Shown: positions 10,078-20,076, counted from the first letter of the stretch. The stretch is DNA of 64,000 nucleotides from an uncultured Bacilli bacterium (GCA_944371315.1 CALVXN010000001.1:2838-66837), one strand, 5' to 3'. Notes: a model not told the origin generated them from the letters alone. Made by a program: numbers and translations.

Positions 10078-10555
10078 TTAACGTTGCAAGTCCAAAATAA
10101 TCTAAAAATTCACTAGTAGTTCTATAAAGATTAGGTTTACCAGGTAAAGAGCTTTTTCCACTTATTTTGATTAAGTCTTTTGCCATTAACTTTCTAATAA
10201 CATTGATACTAGATATTCCTCTTAATTCATCTATTTCTACTCTAGTAATAGGTTGATTATATGCAATAATTGCAAGCGTTTCTAAAGCTGCCTGACTTAA
10301 AGTATTGTTATTACTACTAGTTATTAATTTTTGATAATATTCTTTATGTTCTTGTTTAGTAGTTAATTTAAAATTTTCTCCAATAAAACTTATCCTAATT
10401 CCCCTATTTTCATTATTATATTCTTCTCTTAATTGTTTTAATAAATCTTGACTTTCTTTTTTATTAATACTCATTATATTAGATATTTCATCTAAAGAAA
10501 TTCCTTCATCACCTACAACAAATAATAAACCTTCTAATATAGCTAATTTATTCAT
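9983..10555 (-). CDS. scpB: Segregation and condensation protein B
   Basis: ScpB winged-helix pattern (LEGLLFVVGDEGISLDEIS...NQPITRVEIDELRGISS...); directly downstream of scpA. Confidence 0.75.
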   Translation of the reverse strand: MNKLAILEGLLFVVGDEGISLDEISNIMSINKKESQDLLKQLREEYNNENRGIRISFIGENFKLTTKQEHKEYYQKLITSSNNNTLSQAALETLAIIAYNQPITRVEIDELRGISSINVIRKLMAKDLIKISGKSSLPGKPNLYRTTSEFLDYFGLATLNDLPELPSTKKSDDETQELFSSIYKEKPDEE

Positions 10556-10557
10556 TA

Positions 10558-11271
10558 TTACACCTTTTCTATTAAAATATCGCCAAAATTTTCTTTTTGA
10601 CTTAATATAATTTCATTATTTTTACACATATCTAAAATTGATAAAAATGTTACAATTACTACTTCTTTTGACCAATCATCAAACAAATCTGTAAACTTAA
10701 TACTATGATGATTACTTAAAAAATCGCGAATAAAACCTTTTCTTTCTTCTACTCCCAATTCTTTTTTTGTAATCCTTGTATTGATAGGTTTTTGATAATC
10801 CATTCTTTTTTGTAATTCTAATAATGCATTTTTTAAAAGTTGAGGCTCTAAATTTCCTTCTAATACGACGCAATTATCAACTATTTTTTGTAAATTTTCA
10901 GGACTTTTTGTAAAAAATTCACTTCTTTTTTCTTCAAGTTGTTTAAATATATCGGTAATATTTTGATATTTTTCATATTCAATTAACTTATTTTTTAAGT
11001 CCTCTTCACTATTTATATTAAAATCACTTTCTTCTTCATTATCATCATCTAAATTTAAGAGCATTCTACTTTTTAAATGTATTAACTCAGATGCCATAAC
11101 TAAATACTCACTGGAGCCATCTAAATCATTTTTATCTAAACTATTAATAAAAGCTAAATATTTATCAATAATATATTTTGTATCAATTTCATATATATCC
11201 ATTTTTGATGTTTTAACTAAATGCAAAAGCAAATCCAATGGACCTTCAAAATCATTAATACATAAATTCAT
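10558..11271 (-). CDS. scpA: Segregation and condensation protein A
   Basis: ScpA N-terminal signature (FEGPLDLLLHLVKTSKMDIYEIDTKYIIDKYLAFI). Confidence 0.75.
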   Translation of the reverse strand: MNLCINDFEGPLDLLLHLVKTSKMDIYEIDTKYIIDKYLAFINSLDKNDLDGSSEYLVMASELIHLKSRMLLNLDDDNEEESDFNINSEEDLKNKLIEYEKYQNITDIFKQLEEKRSEFFTKSPENLQKIVDNCVVLEGNLEPQLLKNALLELQKRMDYQKPINTRITKKELGVEERKGFIRDFLSNHHSIKFTDLFDDWSKEVVIVTFLSILDMCKNNEIILSQKENFGDILIEKV

Positions 11272-11280
11272 AAATACCCC

Positions 11281-12195
11281 CTAATTACATTTATATCCAT
11301 TCGATTCCAATTCAAAATTCATTACCTTTGCATCTGTATCTTTTGAATAATATATTTTATTATTAAACATATCATTACTTACAACATCTAAATTTATAAT
11401 AGTTTTAAAAGTTAAAATATTATTTGCAACGCTAACACTAGAATTTATTCCATTGATAGAATTATAAGTAGTAGCAAGAGCTTGGAAACTACTATAATAA
11501 GTAGAATAATCAGGATCATTAGCACTAACTACAAATTCATCTTCAATTGAATAAACTTTATTATCTTTAAGTAAATATTTAACTGTTTCATTATCTTTTT
11601 CACATATTAAAGTAGCATTACCATCTTGATTTGGAGTAATAACATGACTAGGATAATCATCAACTAAGATTTCTAAGAAAGACAATACACTAACATTTGC
11701 ATCATCTAATAAGTAACTAACATTTTTTGTTTCACTTGGGGAAATTATAACATCGTCAATCATTATTCTTTGTAAAAGCATTTTATTATTATTATATAAA
11801 TTTAAAAAGTAATGTAATGAAGAAAAATCTAACATTGTATTGGTTTTACTTATAATATCAAAAGTTAATATATTATTTTCCACTTTAAAATTAGTTAAAT
11901 CAAATTTTTCCATTTCAATTTTTAAAGTATCACTTAAAGTATACTCTATTACATCAACATCTTCATTATCTTCTTCATCAGAGTTATCATCGTCAGAATC
12001 ATTATCAATTATAATTGCCGTTGGATTTAAATAAGCATTAATATAATTAACAATATCAGGCAAATTCAAAACAACATATATAAATGCAGCAAACATTAAA
12101 ACTAACCAAATTAATCCTCCACGTCTTTTCTTTTTAGTATATAAAACAGTTGGAGTTAACTCATTATCATTAATTATTACTTTCTTTCGTGCCAC
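11281..12195 (-). CDS. Membrane-anchored hypothetical protein, 304 aa
   Basis: Basic N-terminus, then one TM helix (LIWLVLMFAAFIYVVL), an acidic D/E-rich linker and an extracytoplasmic domain. Confidence 0.45.
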   Translation of the reverse strand: MARKKVIINDNELTPTVLYTKKKRRGGLIWLVLMFAAFIYVVLNLPDIVNYINAYLNPTAIIIDNDSDDDNSDEEDNEDVDVIEYTLSDTLKIEMEKFDLTNFKVENNILTFDIISKTNTMLDFSSLHYFLNLYNNNKMLLQRIMIDDVIISPSETKNVSYLLDDANVSVLSFLEILVDDYPSHVITPNQDGNATLICEKDNETVKYLLKDNKVYSIEDEFVVSANDPDYSTYYSSFQALATTYNSINGINSSVSVANNILTFKTIINLDVVSNDMFNNKIYYSKDTDAKVMNFELESNGYKCN

Positions 12196-12282
12196 TTATT
12201 ACCATCCCATTTCATTCTATAACTAAATTATACTATATTTAGATTTTCATAACAAGAAAAAAGCTCTAAGAAAAAACTTAAT

Positions 12283-12969
12283 TTATATAGATTTAATTAC
12301 TTCAATATAATTATTTTTTAACTTTTCTTGAGCTTCACTATCTAATTTTTTATAATAATCGTCTTCATTGCCAATAATATCATCATAAATTTTTACTAGT
12401 TTTCCATCACTTACTGAAATAAAAGTTGGAGAATTAAGTCTCTTTACACCAGTATCATATAAATTACCATTTGAATCAGGAACATAATATTCTTCTAATT
12501 CTTTCTTTAAAAAATCTATTATATCATAATAAGCATTAGTTCCATCCTTTATCTTTTCGGGTATTAAAGTCCCTGCATATTTATATTCATCCCTCATATC
12601 TTTAATATCAACGTAATATATCTTACTAACATTTTCTTCTTTAGCCGCCTCCAATAAAGGTTCTATAGCATTTCTAGTAAAAGCACATGTTGAGTAACCA
12701 AAAAAAACAAAAGCATTTTCATTTTCTAAAACATCTAATATTTCTTTACCTGTTTTATAAATCATTGGATTATCTTCATTAATTACAACATCAATTATTT
12801 CTTTATCAATATCACTATATTTTAATCCATTATAGCTTTCAAATTCATTTTTAAATTTTAAAGCATCACTTATCTTTTCTTCTTTATGATTTATTATTAA
12901 AAATAAACATAAACCCCCAACTAACAAAACACAAAAACAAATAATAATTATATTAATTTTATTTTTCAT
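12283..12969 (-). CDS. Membrane-anchored thioredoxin-fold protein lacking a CxxC pair
   Basis: N-terminal TM helix; FFGYSTCAFTRNA segment has thioredoxin-like spacing but only a single Cys. Confidence 0.35.
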   Translation of the reverse strand: MKNKINIIIICFCVLLVGGLCLFLIINHKEEKISDALKFKNEFESYNGLKYSDIDKEIIDVVINEDNPMIYKTGKEILDVLENENAFVFFGYSTCAFTRNAIEPLLEAAKEENVSKIYYVDIKDMRDEYKYAGTLIPEKIKDGTNAYYDIIDFLKKELEEYYVPDSNGNLYDTGVKRLNSPTFISVSDGKLVKIYDDIIGNEDDYYKKLDSEAQEKLKNNYIEVIKSI

Positions 12970-13028
12970 ATAACACCCTAATAAAGAATATCACAAAGAA
13001 AAAATATAAGCAACAATTTACTTAAATT

Positions 13029-13700
13029 TTAGTATTCTTTAGAATTATCAAAATCCTTATCCATTAAAAACTCATGAATTATTTCTTCTTCGTTTTCTAC
13101 ACTTACTTCTTCAATTCTATCAACACGTAATTTTTCACTAATTAAAATTGCTTCAACTTTTTTTACAGCCTCTTCCAAATCATCATTAACTACAACATAA
13201 TTATAATTATTAATTTGATTTATTTCATTATAAGCAACTTTAAATCTAGCAATAATTTGTTCATTATTTTCATCACCACGTAATTTAATGCGTCTTTTAA
13301 CCTCACTCATTGATGGAGCCATTATAAAAATCAATATCGTTTCTGGATATAACTTTTTAATTTGCATAGCACCTTGAACATCTATTTCTAAAATAACATC
13401 TTTTCCTTTGTTAAGTTGTTCTAAAACTTCTTTTTTAGGAGTTCCATAATATGCCCCATATTGAACCTGTGCATATTCTAAGAAATCTCCATTATTGATT
13501 TTTTCTTTAAATTCACTATCACTAACAAAATAATAATCAATACCATTAATTTCCGAATCTCTTTTTGGCCTAGAAGTGTAAGACACAGATAAAGTTATAT
13601 CATTATGATTAGATAATAACTTTTTTATAACAGATCCTTTACCTGCACAAGTTGTTCCAGAAATAATTATTAAATCCCCTTGTTTTTTTAATTTTATCAT
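13029..13700 (-). CDS. gmk: Guanylate kinase
   Basis: P-loop GTTCAGKGS; GMP-binding SVSYTSRPKR...E.NGIDYYFVS...F.EYA.V.G.YYGT. Confidence 0.8.
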   Translation of the reverse strand: MIKLKKQGDLIIISGTTCAGKGSVIKKLLSNHNDITLSVSYTSRPKRDSEINGIDYYFVSDSEFKEKINNGDFLEYAQVQYGAYYGTPKKEVLEQLNKGKDVILEIDVQGAMQIKKLYPETILIFIMAPSMSEVKRRIKLRGDENNEQIIARFKVAYNEINQINNYNYVVVNDDLEEAVKKVEAILISEKLRVDRIEEVSVENEEEIIHEFLMDKDFDNSKEY

Positions 13701-13743
13701 ATTTTCCTCACTTTTGCCTATTATAACAAAAAAGAAAGAAGAA

Positions 13744-14646
13744 TCAAACCTCTTTCAAATAATTTATTGCATTTATCGCAGCATTGGTTCCATCACTTAC
13801 AGCAGTTGTAAGTTGTCTAACTTCCTTTTTTCTTACATCTCCTGCTACAAATATACCATCTATATTTGTTATGCAATCTTCTGATGCTAAAACATAGTTA
13901 TTTTCATCAACCTTTATCAAATCGTTTAAATAATCAATTTCTGGGCTTTGACCAATTGCTAAAAACACACCTTCTACATCCAATCTTTTTTCACATTCAT
14001 TACTTTTTACTTCTACACCTACTAATTCATCATTATCTAAAATATATTTATTAACTGTAGTATTATATAAAACCTCTACATTACTTAATGATAAAACATT
14101 ATCAATTACTTTTTTATCGCCTTTTAATTTAGGACCTCTAACAACTAAATATACTTTATTACATAATTTTGATAAATATAAAACACTATTTAAAGCACTA
14201 TTAGCTCCACCAACAACACAAACATCTTTATTTTTATAAAAAGATCCATCACAAACTGTGCAAAAAGATATTCCATTACCTATTAATTCTTCTTCATTAT
14301 CTAAGTTTAAAGTTTTATATTTAGACCCACTTGCTATAATAATACTTTTAGTTTCATAAGTATTTTCATCAGTAATAACTTTTTTTACTTTTCCATTTTC
14401 TATCGATAAAACTTCTTCAATATTTATTTCTCCCCCCAAATCAATTATTTGTTCATATAAATTATTAGCAAAATCCATACCACTTATAGATTTAAATCCG
14501 GGATAATTTTCAACTTTAGAAGAGGAGGTAATTTTACCTCCTATAGTTTCTTTTTCTAATATAACAACTTTTTTTTCTTCTCTTAAAGCATATATTGCAG
14601 CTGTTAATCCAGCAGGACCAGCTCCAACAATAACAATATCATACAT
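13744..14646 (-). CDS. trxB: Thioredoxin reductase, FAD/NAD(P)H type; start overlaps the nrdD stop (TAATG)
   Basis: IVGAGPAGLTAA FAD motif, redox-active CTVCDG, NADPH motif VVGGANSALNS. Confidence 0.8.
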   Translation of the reverse strand: MYDIVIVGAGPAGLTAAIYALREEKKVVILEKETIGGKITSSSKVENYPGFKSISGMDFANNLYEQIIDLGGEINIEEVLSIENGKVKKVITDENTYETKSIIIASGSKYKTLNLDNEEELIGNGISFCTVCDGSFYKNKDVCVVGGANSALNSVLYLSKLCNKVYLVVRGPKLKGDKKVIDNVLSLSNVEVLYNTTVNKYILDNDELVGVEVKSNECEKRLDVEGVFLAIGQSPEIDYLNDLIKVDENNYVLASEDCITNIDGIFVAGDVRKKEVRQLTTAVSDGTNAAINAINYLKEV

Positions 14647-17036
14647 TATTTGTTACTACCTATATATTTTTTTATATTAGAAACATTAGAATATTTATCT
14701 ATATTTTCACCATTTATTGCTAATAATGTTGGAGCTTGCTTAATACCTAATTTTTTACTTAAATCAGCATTTTCTTCTGCATCAATTATTTCATATTTTA
14801 AATTAGCTTTATCTAAAATACTTTTAGCACTTTTACAATTAGGACAATTCTTTCTTGTAAATAAATATAATCCATCTTTTAAATTATCGTTACATTCACA
14901 ATTATCACATTTGCAATCATCACATTTACAATCATCGCTTTCACATTTTTCATGTTTCAAATGAGATTTACTTAAATCATATACTTTACGATTCTTATAT
15001 TCTTCAGCCTTACCATCATTCCAATTTTTAACTGGACGATAATAACCTGTTATTCTACTATAAACTTCTGTTTCTTTATCACAAATTGGACATTTATATA
15101 CTTCTCCATTTATATATCCATGAGTTTGACAGACTGAATATGTCGGAGACATAGTATAATATGGTAATTTATAATTTTCAGCAATTTTTCTAACTAAATT
15201 AGCAGCTGCCTTCCAGTCAGTTAATCTTTCACCTAAAAATGCATGAAATACAGTTCCTGATGTATATAATGTTTGCAATTCGTCTTGAATATCTAATGCT
15301 GCAAAAATATCATCAGTAAAATCAACTGGTAAATGAGAACTATTTGTATAATATGGTGTATGATCAGGTTCACTAGCAGTTATAATATCAGGATATTGTG
15401 CTTTATCATGTTTAGCAAAACGATAAGTAGTAGATTCTGCTGGTGTTGCTTCTAGATTATACAAATCCCCATATTCTTCTTGATAATCACTAAGTTTTTC
15501 TCTCATAAAGTTTAATACATCTTTAGCAAATTTTTGTGTTTTTTCATGAGTTAAATCAGCACGTAACCATTTTGCATTTAATCCTACTTCATTCATACCT
15601 ATTAAACCAATAGTAGAAAAATGATTATTAAATGAACCTAAATACCGTTTAGTATAAGGATATAAACCTTCATTAAGCAATTTAGTTATAACGTTTCTTT
15701 TTATTTTTAATGAACGTGCAGCTATATCCATTAATTTTTCTAGTCTTTCATAAAAATCTTGTTCATCTTTAGCTAAATAAGCAATTCTTGGTAAATTAAT
15801 AGTTACAACACCTATAGATCCAGTAGATTCACCACTACCAAAGAAACCACCAGATTTTTTACGAAGTTCCCTTAAATCAAGACGCAAACGACAACACATA
15901 CTTCTTACATCACTAGGTTCCATATCACTGTTAATATAGTTTGAAAAATAAGGAGTTCCATATTTTGCAGTCATTTCAAATAATAATTTATTATTTTCTG
16001 TTTCACTCCAATCAAAATCTCTTGTAATAGAATATGTTGGAATAGGATATTGAAATCCTCTACCATTAGCATCTCCTTCAATCATTATTTCAATGAATGC
16101 TTTATTAATCATATCCATTTCTTTTTGACAATCTTTATATTTAAAATCTACTTCTTTTCCTCCAATGATAGCATTTAATTCAGCTAAATCATTTGGAACC
16201 GTCCAATCTAAAGTAATATTAGTAAATGGTGCTTGAGTTCCCCACCTACTTGGAGTGTTAACCCCATAAATAAAAGATTGAATACATTGTTTAACTTCAT
16301 GATAATCTAAATTATCAATCTTAACAAAAGGAGCTAAATAAGTATCAAATGATGAGAATGCTTGAGCACCAGCCCATTCATTTTGCATAATACCTAAAAA
16401 ATTTACCATTTGATTACATAAAGTAGATAAATGCTTTGCAGGTGCAGAAGTAATTTTGCCTGGAACACCACCTAAGCCTTCTTGAATTAATTGTTTTAAA
16501 CTCCATCCAGCACAATATCCTGTTAACATAGATAAGTCATGTAAATGAATAGCAGCACTTCTATGAGCATTAGCAATTTCTTCATCATAAACTTCACTTA
16601 ACCAATAATTTGCAGTAATTGCTCCACTATTACTTAAAATTAATCCACCAACTGAATATGTAACAGTTGAATTTTCTTTAACACGCCAATCAGTTACATT
16701 AATATAACTATTTACAACATCTTTATAATCCAAAACCGTTGATTTCATATTACGCATTTTTTCATGTAACTTACGATATAAGATATATGATTTTGCAACA
16801 TCAGAATACCCAGCTTTAGATAAAACTTCTTCTACACAATCTTGAATATCTTCAACTGAAATTATATTGTCTTTTAACTTTGATTCAAATTCAGAAGTCA
16901 CTTTTAGTGCCAAAAAATCAATAACATTATCATCGTATGTTCTTTCTACTGAATCAAACGCTTTTTTAATTGCTTCCTTAATTTTTAAAATATCAAACCC
17001 TACTATTTTTCCTTCTCTTTTTCTTACTTTATACAT
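14646..17036 (-). CDS. nrdD: Anaerobic (class III) ribonucleoside-triphosphate reductase with N-terminal ATP-cone, C-terminal Cys-rich linker and a fused NrdH/glutaredoxin-like domain
   Basis: ATP-cone (VRKREGKIVGFDILKI...); core motifs AHRSAAIHLHDL, MCCRLRLD; Zn ribbon CQTHGY...CPICD; glycyl radical motif RITGYYRPV; then CESDDCKCDDCKCDNCEC and LYLFTRKNCPNCKSAKSIL...APTLLA. Confidence 0.85.
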   Translation of the reverse strand: MYKVRKREGKIVGFDILKIKEAIKKAFDSVERTYDDNVIDFLALKVTSEFESKLKDNIISVEDIQDCVEEVLSKAGYSDVAKSYILYRKLHEKMRNMKSTVLDYKDVVNSYINVTDWRVKENSTVTYSVGGLILSNSGAITANYWLSEVYDEEIANAHRSAAIHLHDLSMLTGYCAGWSLKQLIQEGLGGVPGKITSAPAKHLSTLCNQMVNFLGIMQNEWAGAQAFSSFDTYLAPFVKIDNLDYHEVKQCIQSFIYGVNTPSRWGTQAPFTNITLDWTVPNDLAELNAIIGGKEVDFKYKDCQKEMDMINKAFIEIMIEGDANGRGFQYPIPTYSITRDFDWSETENNKLLFEMTAKYGTPYFSNYINSDMEPSDVRSMCCRLRLDLRELRKKSGGFFGSGESTGSIGVVTINLPRIAYLAKDEQDFYERLEKLMDIAARSLKIKRNVITKLLNEGLYPYTKRYLGSFNNHFSTIGLIGMNEVGLNAKWLRADLTHEKTQKFAKDVLNFMREKLSDYQEEYGDLYNLEATPAESTTYRFAKHDKAQYPDIITASEPDHTPYYTNSSHLPVDFTDDIFAALDIQDELQTLYTSGTVFHAFLGERLTDWKAAANLVRKIAENYKLPYYTMSPTYSVCQTHGYINGEVYKCPICDKETEVYSRITGYYRPVKNWNDGKAEEYKNRKVYDLSKSHLKHEKCESDDCKCDDCKCDNCECNDNLKDGLYLFTRKNCPNCKSAKSILDKANLKYEIIDAEENADLSKKLGIKQAPTLLAINGENIDKYSNVSNIKKYIGSNK

Positions 17037-17054
17037 TTTAATCCTCCTCCAATA

Positions 17055-17744
17055 CTAAGATAAAGCACGAATTTCCATATTGGGAAAACTACCTTTCAAA
17101 TTATCATTTATCATCAAAAGCTCATCATGAGAAAACCCATGCAAACTATGATTAATAACATCATCACTATCTTCAAAATTTTGTAAATAATATTTACATT
17201 TATTTCCAATATATTCACATATTTTTCTTAAATCATCAATTGTATGTAATTCTTTTACTATTGTAGTTCTAAACTCATAATCAATATTACTATTTTTTAA
17301 AATATTTATACTTTCTTCAATATTTTTTAATAATACATTTTTACCTACAGTCATTTTATATTTTAAAAATATATTTTTTATATCCATAGCAACATAATCA
17401 ATTAAATTTTCATCAATTAGTTCTTTTAGAACTTTTGGATTGCTGCCATTAGTATCAAGTTTAACAAGTAAACCTAAATCTTTTATTTTTTTTATAAAGC
17501 ACTTAATATCTTTTTGAACTAATGGTTCACCCCCAGTAATAACAACACCATCTAAAATATTTTTTCTTTTATTTAAGTATTCAAATATTTCAGCTTCACT
17601 AATTTTACCCTTATCACATGGTATTAAACTAGAATTTTGACAAAACGAACAATTAAAATTACAACCCTTAGTAAAAATGGTGCAAGCCACCTTTTTAGGA
17701 AAATCTAATAATGTAACTTTTTGTAATCCTTCAATATAAATCAC
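17055..17744 (-). CDS. nrdG: Anaerobic RNR activating enzyme (radical SAM)
   Basis: Radical-SAM cluster CNFNCSFCQN; size and position immediately upstream of nrdD. Confidence 0.8.
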   Translation of the reverse strand: MIYIEGLQKVTLLDFPKKVACTIFTKGCNFNCSFCQNSSLIPCDKGKISEAEIFEYLNKRKNILDGVVITGGEPLVQKDIKCFIKKIKDLGLLVKLDTNGSNPKVLKELIDENLIDYVAMDIKNIFLKYKMTVGKNVLLKNIEESINILKNSNIDYEFRTTIVKELHTIDDLRKICEYIGNKCKYYLQNFEDSDDVINHSLHGFSHDELLMINDNLKGSFPNMEIRALS

Positions 17745-19717
17745 TTTACCACCACCTTTACTACTTTTACCTTTTCTTTTTCTAATTCCTTTATATAATC
17801 TTTTATTTTAGTTTTATTTCTATCAACATTTAATACTAAATTCAAACTACAAATTTTTTGATATTTTACTATATATTGATATAAAGCTTTATTACTTAAA
17901 TCATTAAACAAACTACTTAAACTAGAATAAAAATCTTTTTTCAAAATCTCTATATTTCCAACCATAGCTTTATCTAATGCTAATAAATTTTTATTTACTG
18001 TTTTTGAACTTTCCTCTGCTAAAATAAAATTTAATTTTAAATCAGATTTATATCTATTTGTTTTTTCTTTCATAAACTCAACAATTTTTAAACCAAAATC
18101 CAATTTAACAACAGCTTTTTCAGAAACATCAAATAAAGCATCTAAACATTCTACCAAACCAGAAAAATTAATACATAAAACCCCATTTTTTAGAACTTTC
18201 CTTACTTTTTGATTACAATCAAGTTTTTTAGAGTCAAACAATATATTATTTTCAAAAATACCATTAAAATTCTCTTTATATAAACTAGATTGAAAATCAT
18301 ATCTTTGTATTAATTCATTTTTAGATAATTCTAATAAATCATCAAGTTCAGCAAAAAAGTCATTTATACTTTCCTTATTATATTTTAATCCTAGCCTAGC
18401 CAAGTTAATTGTAATTGATGAATTAAGTATTCTACCTCGAGATGTTTGTAAATCATTATTAACATTTTCATTAATTATAATTTGATTACTAAACGTTTCT
18501 AAATCATCATCATATTCATTATTATCTAAATATAAAATAATAATATTATTTTTGTTGTAAACCTCATCAACTATATAATCTAATGAAGTATTTTTTTTCA
18601 CCTTACAAATAGTAGCAATATTTTTAAAACTAATTTTGTTTAAAATCTCAAAATATTTTTCTTTAAAATACATTGATTCAAAATCATCCATTTCACTTAA
18701 ACTAATTGACAAAGAAGTATCACTATATTTTAAATAATTATCATTAAAGTTTTTTAATAAAAGTTCAATATTTTTTAACAATTTAGCTTCTATATAATCA
18801 TTAGTTATTCTATATATATCCCAAAAATAATTTTTTATTTTTTCATTTGGTAAAATTGCATCAAAAGCATCAATATTTATTTTAATAGTATTATTCTCAA
18901 CTAATATATTTTTTAAATCATTAAAATCAAAGAATTCATATATTCCTAATACTTTAAAAAAACACTTTAAATTATCCAAAAATTTATTATTAAAATCAGA
19001 AATCATTACATTTTTGTATATTTGATCTAAATTTGAAATAGTTTGTTCACCATATTGTTCACTTTTAAATCTATTTACTATATTTAATATTTTTAAAGTA
19101 ATTTCATCAATATCATTTGATTCGATACTACTAAAATCTAAATGAGATGAAGAAGTGGTTTTTAATGCATAAGATTTTAAATCATCAATATAAATCCTTC
19201 CCTCTTCATGGGCACGAACATATTTTGATTCTAAAAGATAAGCTTTGGCAAATTCCTGAGAAATGGTCTTTCCAAAATTTAACAACAAATCGTCAGGATT
19301 AGCATTCTTAGAATTTTTAGCAGTCAATCCTATTTTTTCAATAGCTTTAACAAACTTATGTTGTTCTTTTACCGAAAAAGCTTCTCTTGAAGCGGCTCTA
19401 CGCAACCGATATTCATTAAATTTTTTATATACATCATGATATCCGGTTTTTTTAAGCACATTTTCAATAATGTCTTGTATATCTTCAACATTAATGGTTT
19501 TTCTATTTTCATAAGATTCAACTATAAATTTTAAAACTTGATTATAAACTCTATTTATTTTTTTTTCATTATTTATTTCGTTTTCATCACTACTATCAAA
19601 AGCTTGTTTAATAGCAACAGCTATTTTAACACTATTAAATGATACTCGTTGACCACTACGTTTAACTACTACTAAATTTTCTAAAACTGTGCTATTTTCC
19701 ATTTCTCTTAACCTCAA
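17741..19717 (-). CDS. NrdD-like paralog: ATP-cone and N-terminal NrdD core homology are retained, but the catalytic Cys pair, Zn ribbon and glycyl-radical motif are absent
   Basis: VVKRSGQRVSFNSVKIAVAIKQAF (ATP cone), EDIQDIIENVL, AHEEGRIYIDDL aligns with nrdD AHRSAAIHLHDL; no CC, CxxC or RxxGY motifs in the remaining 450 aa; ATGA overlap with nrdG. Confidence 0.6.
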   Translation of the reverse strand: MRLREMENSTVLENLVVVKRSGQRVSFNSVKIAVAIKQAFDSSDENEINNEKKINRVYNQVLKFIVESYENRKTINVEDIQDIIENVLKKTGYHDVYKKFNEYRLRRAASREAFSVKEQHKFVKAIEKIGLTAKNSKNANPDDLLLNFGKTISQEFAKAYLLESKYVRAHEEGRIYIDDLKSYALKTTSSSHLDFSSIESNDIDEITLKILNIVNRFKSEQYGEQTISNLDQIYKNVMISDFNNKFLDNLKCFFKVLGIYEFFDFNDLKNILVENNTIKINIDAFDAILPNEKIKNYFWDIYRITNDYIEAKLLKNIELLLKNFNDNYLKYSDTSLSISLSEMDDFESMYFKEKYFEILNKISFKNIATICKVKKNTSLDYIVDEVYNKNNIIILYLDNNEYDDDLETFSNQIIINENVNNDLQTSRGRILNSSITINLARLGLKYNKESINDFFAELDDLLELSKNELIQRYDFQSSLYKENFNGIFENNILFDSKKLDCNQKVRKVLKNGVLCINFSGLVECLDALFDVSEKAVVKLDFGLKIVEFMKEKTNRYKSDLKLNFILAEESSKTVNKNLLALDKAMVGNIEILKKDFYSSLSSLFNDLSNKALYQYIVKYQKICSLNLVLNVDRNKTKIKDYIKELEKEKVKVVKVVVK

Positions 19718-19917
19718 ATTAATTATAACAAACCGTCATATAATTGCAATGTTTTTTTTTGCCATTTTTTTAACATTTTTTTATTTTTTTAAATTTTATC
19801 TTTAATTTTTAGTAAAAAAAACATTTTAAATATATTGTAAATCTATGTAAATATTATACAAATAAATTACATATTTTAACAAATAATAAAATTCAAATAA
19901 CTTACAAAAAATTTTAC

Positions 19918-19946
19918 TTGTCAAAATAAACAATTTATGTTAATAT
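19918..19946 (+). promoter_or_regulatory. Sigma-70-type promoter for tRNA-Met
   Basis: TTGTCA - 17 nt - TAATAT, about 18 nt upstream of the tRNA 5' end. Confidence 0.45.
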
Positions 19947-19964
19947 ATTAATACAAATTGACAT

Positions 19965-20041
19965 GGCGATGTAGCTCAGTTGGCTAGAGCATCCGGTTCA
20001 TACCCGGCAGGTCGTGTGTTCGAATCACACCGTCGCTACCA
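19965..20041 (+). tRNA. tRNA with CAT anticodon (Met, initiator or Ile-lysidine not distinguishable)
   Basis: GGCGATGTAGCTCAGTTGGCTAGAGCATCCGGTTCATACCCGG..GTGTGTTCGAATCACACCGTCGCTACCA, 77 nt with encoded CCA. Confidence 0.85.
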
Positions 20042-20052
20042 AATTAAAATTT

Positions 20053-20076
20053 ACTAGACATATGTCTAGTTTTTTA
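20053..20076 (+). terminator. Intrinsic terminator after tRNA
   Basis: Perfect palindrome ACTAGACATATGTCTAGT followed by TTTTT. Confidence 0.7.

Noticed and set aside
14650-14964. 104-aa plus-strand ORF inside nrdD; similar antisense or embedded ORFs at 3444..3677, 9407..9589, 11840..12034, 13866..14054, 16867..17058, 21616..21798, 28371..28595, 28923..29342, 29615..29830, 30152..30385, 34054..34239, 36595..36873, 37582..37797, 40948..41142, 46973..47185, 47789..47998, 51301..51513, 54832..55053
   Set aside because: All lie within or antisense to well-supported longer genes. Hydrophobic or low-complexity translations are typical of the reverse strand of AT-rich coding DNA.
19718-19964. Looked for NrdR boxes upstream of the nrd operon
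   Set aside because: Only weak partial palindromes (TATATTGTA / TATTATACAA); nothing matching the 16-bp NrdR-box consensus was convincing.
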